NCBI RefSeq assembly: GCF_036971445.1 | Contig: NC_091471.1 | Coordinates: 199,454,001 to 199,518,000 of the forward strand | DNA from: Narcine bancroftii | Taxonomy: Eukaryota | Direction: 5' to 3' | DNA length: 64,000 nucleotides | Part shown: piece by piece, positions 53,901-64,000 of the stretch | How positions within the stretch are numbered: position 1 is the stretch's first letter | How the letters are laid out: each line of letters starts with the position of its first letter | Notes under the pieces: generated by a model | The model's input: the letters and a program-made list of their open reading frames with translations, nothing else | Told to the model about the DNA's origin: nothing | Databases searched by the model: none | Made by a program: the position numbers and the translations under genes

Positions 53901-56900
53901 TTGCAGTTTAATATACATATTTGTTATAAAGCTTTTGATTATCATTGTATCTGTAATCACATATTCAAAGTTACTTCCCTCTGGCAAACTCAAACTGCTT
54001 CCTAATTTATCCTTCAAGTAGGATCTCAATTGGTAATATGCCAGCGCTGTATCTTGAGTTATATTGTATTTATCTTTCATTTGTTCAAAGGATAATAATC
54101 TATTTCCTGAAAAACAATTTTCTATTCTTTTAATCCCTTTTTTCTCCCATTCTCTAAAGGAAAGGTTATCTATTGTAAAAGGGAGTAACTTGTTTTGCGT
54201 CAATATTAGTTTTGGTAATTGATAATTTGTTTTATTTTTTTCTACATGAATCTTCTTCCAAATATTGAGTAGATGATGTAATACTGGAGAACTTCTATGT
54301 TGTACCAATTTTTCATCCCATTTATATAATATGTGTTCAGGTATCTTTTCCCCTATTTTATCTAATTCTAATCTGGTCCAATCTGGCTTTTCCCTTGTTT
54401 GATAAAAATCTGATAGGTATCTTAATTGTGCGGCTCTATAATAATTTTTAAAGTTTGGCAGTTGTAAGCCTCCTTGTTTATACCATTCTGTTAATTTATC
54501 TAGTGCTATCCTCGGTTTCCCCCCTTTCCATAAAAATTTCCTTATTATTTTCTTTAACTCCTTGAAGAATTTCTCTGTCAGTTGTATTGGCAATGCTTGA
54601 AATAGGTATAATATCCTTGGAAAAATGTTCATTTTAATACAGTTTATCCTTCCTATTAGTGTTAGTGGTAAATCTTTCCAATGCTCAAAATGGTCCTGTA
54701 ATTTTTTCATTAGTGGATAATAATTGAGTTTATATAGTTGGCCGAGATTTTTATTTATTTGTACACCTAGGTATCTTATTGCTTGCTTTGCCATCTAAAT
54801 GGTGATTCCTTCTTAAATTTTGAGAAACCCGCATTATTCATAGGTATTGCTTCACTTTTATTTATTCTCCATATTCCTTCAATTTCTTATATAATTCTTT
54901 TATTGATAGTTCTGGTTCTGTTAAGTATACTATAACATCATCCGCAAATAAACTGATTTTATATTCCTTGTCTTTTATTTTTATCCCTTTTATATTATTT
55001 TCTGTTCTTATCAATTCTGCTAGTGGTTCTATAGCTAACGCAAACAATAAAGGTGATAGTGGGCATCCCTGCCATGTTGACCTGCTTAAGTTAAATTGCT
55101 TTGATACAAGTCCATTTACTGTCACTTTCGCTAATGGTCCCTTATATAATGCTTTAATCCAATTAATATACTTCTCCGGTAAACTGAATTTTTGCAATAC
55201 TTTGAACAAATAATTCCATTTTACTCTGTCAAAGGCCTTCTCTGCGTCTAAAGCAACTGCTACTGTAGGCGCTTTATTCCCTTCTACTGCATGAATTAAG
55301 TTAATAAATTTACAAATATTGTCTGTTATGCATCTTTTTTTGATAAATCCAGTTTGGTCTAGATTTACCATTTTCGGTACATACTCTGCTAATCTGTTTG
55401 CTAATAGTTTAGCTATTATCTTATAACCTTTGTTAAGTAAAGATATTGATCTATATGACGCTGGTGTGAGTGGATCTTTCCCTTGCTTTAGTATTACTGT
55501 AATTATTGCTGTTTTACATGAATCTGGTAAGCTTTGTGTTTTATCAATCTGGTTGATTACTTCCAGGAGGGGCGGAATTAATAAGTCTTTAAATGTTTTA
55601 TAGAATTCTATTGGGAATCCATCCTCTCCTGGTGTCTTATTATTTGGTAATTTTTTTATTATCTCTTGTATTTCTACTATTCCAAATGGCTGTTAATTTA
55701 TTTTGTTCCTCTATTTGTAGTTTTGGTAGTTCAATTTTAGTTAGAAATTCATCTATTTTCCCTTCTTTCCCTTCGTTTTCAGTTTGGTATAATTGTTCAT
55801 AGAATTCTCTAAAGTTTTCCTTAATTTCTTTTGGATTATGTAATTTGTTTGACTTTTTTCCTTGATGCCAATACCATTTTCTTAGCTTGTTCTGTCTTAA
55901 GCTGCCATGCTAGGATTTTGTGCATTTTTTCACCTAGTTCATAATATTTCTGTTTTGTCTTCATTATGTTCTTCTCCACCTTATGTTTGTAGTGTTTCAT
56001 ATTTTATTTTTTTTATCCGCCAATTCTCTTCTTTTAGTTGCATCTTCCTTCATTGCTAATTCTTTTTCTATATTTACTATTTCCCTTTCCAACTGCTCTG
56101 TTTCCTGATTATAGTCCTTTTTCATCTTGGTTACATAACTTATTATTTGCCCTCAGTATAGATTCTTCTCTACCATAGACCTCGAATCAGCATACCACCA
56201 AATTCCAATTTGCCCAAAAGACCAGCCATACACAGCATTCTAAGCCAACAGCCGACTACCATTTCCTGCAGGTCCTATAGAACGAGGCACAAGCTATAGT
56301 GGAGAATGTGAGTCACAGGAGGGACTACTTGGCTGGCAGACCATTCACCTTGCTGACAGGCCAGCCGTCACTTTTGTGTTTAACAATAAACAGCAGGGTA
56401 AAATCAAAAATGACAAGATCATGAGGTGGGGAATTGAGCTGTCTACCTACAATTATGAGATCTTGTACTGGCCAGGCAAGCTCAATAAGCCACCAATGCC
56501 CAGTCTGGGGGCACCAGGAATGGGTGCAAGTAGATCACTTCCATGGCCTCTACAATAGCCTCTGACACCCTGGGAGACAAGGCTCTACCATTTGGTGAGG
56601 GCCCATAACTTCCCCTATTCAGTGGAGGAAGTCAGGGAGCTGACTAGCTGGTCTGTGTGGAATGCAAGCCGCAATTGTACAGACCAGAGAGAGCCCAACT
56701 CATCAAGGCCACTTGCCCCTTCGAACGTCTCAGCATGAACTTCAAGGGACCCCTCTAGCCCACGAATCAGAACATCTACTTCCTGAGCAACATAGACGAG
56801 TACTCACGTTTCCCATTCATCATCCCCTGCCCCAACATGACAACATCCATGGTTATTAAAGCACTCCACACAGTATTCACTGTTAGGGTACCCAGTTATG

Positions 56901-58182
56901 TTCATAGTGACCAGGGATCCACCTTCATGAGTGAGGAGTTATGGAAATACTTCCTTTCCAGGGGCATAGCTACGAGCAGAACCATCAGCTACAACCCCCG
57001 TGGGAACGGGCAGGTGGGGAGGGAGAATGGTATTATCTGGAAGGCAGTCCTTTTGGCCCTCAAGTTGGAAGGGATGATTGTATCCCAGTGGCAAGCGGTC
57101 CTTCCAGAAGTGCTCCATGTCACAAGGTCCCTACTTTGCATGGCAACGAATGCAACATCACATGAAAAATTGTTCCCCCTTCCCTAGGAGTTTGGCATCA
57201 GGAACCAAGCTGCTGGTCTGGCTAATGACACCGGAGCCAGTGCTTCTCCAGGAGCATGTTAGAATGCACAAGGCAGACTCACTCATTGAGGAAGTGCACC
57301 TCCTGCATGCGAACTCCCAGTATGGCAAGGTACCCAGACAGATGGAACAATACAGTGTCCATCCTGGACCTGACACGAGCAGGGGTCCCGACACGGGAGG
57401 AGCACCCAATACCCCCAGGCAGTGACCAGTTGGCCCCAGGGATCACCTTGACAATCAAAGTAGAAATTGTTTCATCTTGTATGTGTGAGTTCTTAGACAA
57501 CACATGGATGAAGGAATAGGTTGTTGTACGATGCCCATGAGGCTGCAAACCTCGAACAGATCTCTCATGCAGCAGTCTCTTCATCTGTGAGAGTCCCCTG
57601 TTGGCACCCAAATATAATCAAAGAGGAACTATGGTCCTTGAGACTTTGCTAGTGGCCATTACAGGGATCCCACCTCCATCACAGCCCCGAGTGTCCCCCT
57701 CACCAGTGTTACAAATTCCCTGCCCCCTACAGACCTAGTAAACACAGATATTGTTCACCCCTCCAACACACAGACCATTGAATAAGCTACCGTTCCACTG
57801 GAGCCAACGATACAGCCAGCAGTACTTTGGAGATCTCAGCGCCGAATAAAACCACCAGAGTGGCCAAACCTATGAACTGCAAGACTTGTGCTGATGGACA
57901 TTTCCCCACATCGCCCACTGGACTTCATTCAGAAAAGAAGGGGTGAATATGGTGGAACATGGTACTGCAGGCATGTCATCACTGGGCTGGGTAGGCTAGC
58001 ACGTCTTCTACACCTGTGGCCCCTCCCCATAAGATCCTCAATAAAGGCAGAGAGCCCTAGTCTCCTCCCTCATTCCTGCCTGGACATGAGCCAGCACCAC
58101 GTAGAGGCACGTCTGGGTCTTCTGATCAATAAACCCTTTGAGTCTTGCTTTGTGTGTTCAAGTGGTCATTGATTGCACCACA
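50991..58182 (+). mobile_element. Ty3/Gypsy element C (same lineage as A and B), old and decayed, split by an L1 insertion
   Basis: Diverged LTRs at 50991-51224 and 57948-58182. PPT AAAGAAGGGGTGAA. Gag from ATG 51252 (MDEAIRLEKLELDP), ILGLDFQ, SAWRAQVVV, FSTIDLESAYHQIPI, KIKNDKIMRWGIELSTYNY, SDQGSTFMS and GNGQVGREN. The TSD is degenerate (acaaa/ataag). Confidence 0.92.
52999..56154 (-). mobile_element. 5'-truncated L1/Tx1-clade LINE (ORF2 RT plus C-terminus, 3' UTR, poly-A) nested in Gypsy C
   Basis: ORFs 54862-55371 (LDAEKAFDRV, QGCPLSP, LFADD) and 53502-54794 (YLGV, CFRC...HAIWTC). Poly(T) on the plus strand at ~52998. Imperfect TSD AGTATAG-TCTTCT / AGTATAGATTCTTCT at 52986-52998 and 56155-56169. 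Confidence 0.95.
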
Positions 58183-58303
58183 ATAAGCACTTTAAAAATC
58201 AGTGCTGAAACCCTTGTGTATCAAGTGGAACAGAATCATTAATAGGATCACACCTGCAACTAACTCATCGGAAAAAAAAAATACAAAAATACCAAATAGT
58301 ATA

Positions 58304-58755
58304 CAGGTATTCCCTGACTTGTGAAATATGCGACTTGCGTTCATCCACAAAGATGACCACATTTTAAAAAAAAAATATATGAATCTTATGGTGAGAATAG
58401 AGCCTATTTCGGGAAAATAGAACCTCTCATAAGAGTTTGGTAGTGGTGGCCAACCTCACAAGAGCTGGCCTTAGTAGCTGCTGTGTTGAGATATTTCACC
58501 ACATTTTAACTCCTAGTTTCTCATTTTTTCTGATTCTGTTGCTCAATATTCTGATGGTCAGACAGATTTTGGAGGCTAATAGGATCTGTGGGGTGCGCAG
58601 CAACAGAGAATGAGAAAGATTCAAAGATAGAGAATGGAAGGAAATCAATCATTTTACTCTTCAATAAAACAGGTAGGGCAATTCTGACATACATCTATTC
58701 CAAGATACGACCAGTCATCTAGAATGGAACACGGACTTGCGTCGGGAAGTACCTG
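58304..58755. mobile_element. pogo/Tigger-like non-autonomous DNA transposon
   Basis: ta|CAGGTATTCCCTGACTT ... GCGTCGGGAAGTACCTG|ta: imperfect TIRs with TA duplication. Confidence 0.72.
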
Positions 58756-59074
58756 TATTAGATTCCAAGAGTCATATAGACTCTCCCCAGATTCTACCAC
58801 TCACCGCCGTACATGGCCAATTTATATTGGCCTATTAATTTACCAATCTGAATATCTTTTGATATAGCAGGAATCAAGAATATCCAGATGAAACTCATGT
58901 TATTAGTTGAACAGGCAAACTCCACACAGACAATCCCCGAGGTTGGTTTGAACCTGGGTTTCTGCTGTTGAAAGATAGCAGCTCACACACCTGCCCTTTT
59001 GAAACACCCAACAGCATTATAGCACAGATGTGACCATGAAATATTTAAGAATTTATGCTATGTCTGTAAGAAGA

Positions 59075-59276
59075 TAGCACAGTGAGCATAGCATTTAGGA
59101 CAATGCTGTTAAAGCACCAGTGATGAGGGTTTGGATCCAGTGCTGTCTAAAAGGAGTTTTTACATCTCACTGTGTCTAGTTTCCTCCTACCCTTCAAAAC
59201 GCACTGTGGTTCTGGGCCAATTGGGCGGCTGGGCTCATTGGCCTGAAGGGCCTGTTACCATGCTGTATTTCTAAAT
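59075..59276 (+). mobile_element. tRNA-derived SINE (decayed)
   Basis: Same family core and tail (gctgtctaaaaggagttttta...gggcctgttaccatgctgtatttctaaat). Confidence 0.65.
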
Positions 59277-59486
59277 GAAAAGCAGAAAAGACTGGATATC
59301 AAGCAGGCCAGATAGCATCCATCTGTGTAAAAATAGTGCTAAGATTTCACATCAAAAAAAAGCTTTCATCACTTGGAGATTTGAAAAAATTATTTTTAGC
59401 AAATACTTGGCTTAGAATGGAAAATTTTAACTTGAAATGCCAGCAATCAAAAAAGATGCAAATGTAGCTCTTACATTAATATTAGT

Positions 59487-59730
59487 GCTTAGCGCAACAC
59501 CTTTATGGCGCCAGTGATTGGGACCTGGGTTCGAATCCCACGTTGTCTGTAAGGAGTTTATACATTCTCCCCATGTCTACATGGGATTTCCCTGAGGGGG
59601 CTCCGGTTTCCTCCTACTGTTTGAAACGTACCGGGGTGTAGGTTAATTGGGTGTACACTGGGCCACACAGACTCAAGGGCCAAAATGGCCTTTTACCATG
59701 CTGTATGTCTACATTTAAATTTAATTTTAA
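59487..59730 (+). mobile_element. tRNA-derived SINE (best-preserved copy)
   Basis: B box GGTTCGAATCC at ~59528, core gtctgtaaggagtttatacattctcccc...ctccggtttcctcc, tail gctgtatgtctacatttaaatt. Confidence 0.8.
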
Positions 59731-60177
59731 AATTGTACAAAATTTAAAATTTATACATTTATTAAATCTAATTATGTTAGTCAATAGGCCATTTCAGTTT
59801 GACGGCCAAAACTTAAGACTTACTGTTTTATTTGAATCAAAAAATTAAAGCTTGTTTTAATACTCCAATTCTGATTCATAAAATATCCCCTTTAAACTGA
59901 ATACATACCAGGTGACTTTTTAAAAAGGTAGGCAATTTTTGTAGCAGCTAGAAGACTCGCCACCTTATCATGAATTAATGATGTTTATAGACACTCGTGC
60001 ATCAAATTCTTTTTCATAGTAATCTCTGAAATTATGCAACTGACCACTGAAGAGTGTGGATCTGGTTCATAACACTAAATGTCCTTCTAATTAAGAGATG
60101 AAAATATTTATTTGGGACAAAGATTTATCAATAAAATAATTGTTCTCCAACTGATATTTCAGTTTACATAGACCAAA

Positions 60178-60350
60178 GCCCCTTTCACACTTGCAAATTA
60201 TCCCAGGAATCAAATGTCAATCGGCCTTTAAAGTGGCAAGTGTGAAAGCAAAATCAGCTCAATGCAGGCGTCAGATGACGTAATCTCATGCAGGGCCTCA
60301 ACCCCTAGTAAGATCTCCAGTGTCTGCAATCAAGCAAGTGTGAAAGTGGT
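60178..60350. mobile_element. Short palindromic MITE-like element (possibly PIF/Harbinger)
   Basis: CTTTCACACTTGC (~60182) has two inverted partners GCAAGTGTGAAAG (~60236 and ~60333). Confidence 0.55.
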
Positions 60351-63300
60351 AATTGCATTGTGGGATTGAAATGACCCAAGTTTTTGCACGAGTGCAGGAA
60401 GATTAAAGTGAAAGTATAAACTTTGAAATGAAAGTCACAGTGGAGGAAAAAAGAGGAAAAACAGCATTTGTATCCAATCTCTCAGTGATATTTTACACAA
60501 CAAACTGAACTTGGTCAGCAAATATAGATTTCTTCAAATGTTCTTTAATGCACCCCAACATGTTTTCTGAAGTCCACCTTTTTTTGGTACATTAGGAATG
60601 ATTCAGAACTTCTGCTGTTTCATTAACACATCAGCTGCTTGGAAATGGGAGGCTCCCAGGAATCAATTGATCAAACCTTCATTACACTTTTCTGTATTGC
60701 AAGTATCCTCAATTAGTTAGAGACTAGATTGGTACACAATATTCCTAATGCAGTTTCATTTGGCTCCTGGGCACTGCATTTTGACTCCTGTACCAAGATC
60801 TCCTTGCAGTGACAATGTTTTCTCTATTTGCTTGTTAACTTTCAGTGATTCATATACAAGGTACCACCAACATTTTTCAAATTTTCAACATTTAAAGCAA
60901 TATCCCTGGAAACCAGACATTCTAATATACAAGAGCCAACTGCAACCAGATTTAAAAGCTGAATTTGCACAGTGCTCTGAACCATTAAATATAACATTTC
61001 AGAATCGTTGCAAAGCTGTGAGGTGATCAGCCCAATTTTGGTTAAGACCTGCTAAAACCATTTTGAAACATGTTTTAAAATGTAAACTCCAATGATATGC
61101 ACAGTCCAGGCACACATTTTGATGTATCTATACTCCTTCTGGCCAAATATGAATGATTACATTGGTAGATGACACAAATGTAAATTAACAGATCAATCTT
61201 TCACTTTAATGTTTGATTCTTTTTCATTTCCACCCCCCCCTCCCCCCGAACAGCAGCTTATGTGATAAGAATGCAAGTGTGAAGTGTCCCATAGTTGTTC
61301 AGTAATGCAAGGGGAGAAACTTAACTTTGGCTCCATCAAATGCATGCAAGCAGTTACTTCTGCAAACTGCATTTATCTCTATGTATCAGGTTCCAATAAG
61401 ATTAGAACTGATACTTAACCGAAAGTTTAGCAAATCAAGGTGAATTTCTACCTCTCATTTCAACTGTCGAGCAAGTATAAAACATCTACATCTCATTTGT
61501 CAGGAGGGTGTTTCCTTTCAGCTACATGGCTGCAACTTGCATGGTATTTAAATTGATGACTGAAAATTGAGTGCACCAATAATTTTGCACCAAAAAAAAA
61601 TTAGTTAATGCAATAGTATTGCTCAAACAGGCAGTGCAAAACCAAGCATTAACACCTTGTAAAATTTCAGCTAATTAGGATCTAGTTCAAATTATGAAAG
61701 CAGACACCTTAAACATCAGCAACTGCAAACCTCCTCCTAACCCACTATTGTGTCAACAATAGATTACAGGCTGGTATTCAATCAAAATTAATCAGCACAA
61801 ATTTTATGTCATAGTATAATTTCAAGCTCATTTCTTATGATCTTAAGATCACCCACCAAAAGACAGACAGCTGGTCCCTTGAAGCCATCAGGCTCTTCAA
61901 TGAACTGCACAGCAGTATTCTCATGCTGCCCTTGCATTGTACTTATTGAACGTTTCCCATTGTAGCTCAATCCTTTATAATTGTACTCTTGTTTTTCCAC
62001 TTTATACAGCTGCTACAAATTCACCTGCTACACTTCTAGCCGAAGAATCCTTTAACTGTATCAGGCATAATGTGGCAAATAAACTTAAAGGATGTTTTAT
62101 TGGGGCCATTGAATAACCAAACCGAGACTCCAGCAATGAGCTGCTTGTTTGTTATCAACATGTGTGGCAAGTTCATTATCTCCAGATTTATTCAGTGTGC
62201 AAAGCAAAACTGCCTGATCCAAAAGAACTAAGCTCTACTGTGGAAAGGCTCAGGCCAACCATTGCATGAGTGTAGCAGTGTTTGGTTAAGGCACACATCG
62301 CTGGACTAAAAAATAGACCCATCAAGAATCCCTGATACTCAAACATTCAGAATGTTAAAACTACAAAATTTTAAACCTTCACTTTTTAAAGTTTCATCCA
62401 TACTTGTGGTAGAAGAAATCTCAAGCAGAACACCAATAATTATTTTGTTTGAGGCTACAAGCCTCAGTTTTAAAAAAAAGTGCCCTGCAAAATGTTCCAA
62501 TGTTATTTTTCCAAAGACTCAGATTGCCAGTAGCCATAGGATGAAGCAGGGTTGTATGGTGGCCAAGGTGGATTGTAATGGGCTGATAGTGGATACAGGG
62601 ATCAAAATGCAATTATATGGTGGTTGAAGGGAGACACTGGAGGCCATTGCATTGATGACTGAGGAGAGGAAAGGTTTGTAATGGTTTGGTTAAGGGTGCA
62701 GGTGATGGTGAGATGGAGTTCAGGCAATTTTTGAATTGATTGGGGCTGTTAAGGAGAAAAATGATGACTAGGATTGGGCAATATAGACCGGGTGTAGGAA
62801 CTCAATACAGTGTCATGGGCCTCAGGTGACAAGAGGGTCAGATCAGGAGAATGGGGTCTGAGTTTTACAATCCACCAGAAGGTGGTGTTCGTGATCAAGG
62901 TCATGAGGTTGGACTGAGAGACATGTAGGAGTTTTACCTGATGGAGTTCCTATTTTGGGGCAGAAGTGAGAATTAAATTTTTGTTTCTCCCAGGACTTGT
63001 ATGTTCACGTTTCCTACTAATGCTGAATGATGTCTTCTCATCTATTCTTAGCCATAAATAGCATAAGGGTGAATCAGGATTGGAAGCCCATGAGTAAATT
63101 TCTGGAGTGATGCCAATCATAAATTACAGTGATGCATTTCACACCAGATTGCATTTTTGTCCAAGCAGAGAAAACATTGTGTGTGCAAATGCAATTAAAA
63201 CTAAGTAAATTAATTTTTTTAATGAATAATTTCATACTTAATTCAGTATCTTACAATTTTGTTCAAACAAAGCGACTTACAGTTGACATGTCAGATCTAA

Positions 63301-64000
63301 CCTGTGTTGAAGCAGACAGATCAAAGAGTGCATGTCGTAAGGAGTGCATTTGTTTATTTATACCAATTTTGGACCTTTTCATGCATGCAGGAATCTGGGA
63401 TTTCTAACATTTTCACCAAAATATGCCACCAGTTCAGCTAACTTACTGGTTGGTAAGATGAATATATCTCATCTTTTGTTCTTGGATTGTGTTGACAATT
63501 TAACACTCAGTGCTTCAGGACTGGATTCAGAACAAAGCTTGACATTTAAAAGGCTGCCACCCCCACCCCCACCACAATGAAGAATGTTTTTCATCTTTAC
63601 CTTTGTTTTGAAATATCAGTATTCTAATAAAATGCTTAAAATGGATGCAAAACTAAATCTCATTAATTTTGCTCATTTGCCCAAAAAGACATTTTGCCAT
63701 GCACTTCCAAACCCAAGCTCTTGCACCATCAAACACAGAATAGCGTGCAACGAAGCCACAGGAGACCGGCTCCAAATGAGGTCATGGAAAATGTTACATT
63801 TACCTCAAAGCAGTGAAAGTGCTCCAGGAAAAACATTCTTAATGTACTTTCTATCACATAAACAGATATACAATGGGGATTATCATTATGTTCCACTGAT
63901 GAAAAAGATTTTAATATTCATCGGCACCTTTGTTCACATGCACAATGATATTCTCCTCAGTAATAAAATAAACAAGATATTCCACATTCCCTATTGCTTA

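Noticed and set aside
63802-63835. Possible 34-nt upstream FSTL5 micro-exon (AG...GTAAAT on the minus strand)
   Set aside because: It has an in-frame TGA and no polypyrimidine tract. I found no other convincing FSTL5 exon in the window, though a micro-exon could be missed by eye.

Overview
Vertebrate genomic DNA, most likely a cartilaginous fish (inferred from the repeat complement and the exon protein). The window appears to lie inside a large minus-strand gene. The only host coding sequence I can support is one 249-bp phase-1/phase-1 exon (16917-17165) encoding the FOLN+Kazal follistatin module of FSTL5. The rest is intronic and dominated by transposable elements: four Ty3/Gypsy proviruses, a solo LTR, L1/Tx1, Rex1/Babar, RTE, CR1 and Penelope-like fragments, tRNA-type SINEs, a 5S-derived SINE, hAT/pogo/other MITEs, a ~4.5-kb 29-30-bp minisatellite and a CpG-rich 20-bp minisatellite. 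The most striking pattern concerns three related but sequence-distinct Gypsy elements (2737, 22434, 50991). None has a tRNA primer-binding site. Each instead carries, 1-2 nt after the 5' LTR, a different 12-14-nt sequence that is the reverse complement of its own LTR's AATAAA region, at conserved spacing. This compensatory covariation points to self-priming and/or 5' poly(A)-site occlusion. The fourth Gypsy element (36231) has a conventional tRNA-Ser PBS and serves as an internal control. All coordinates were counted by eye, and no database searches were run.
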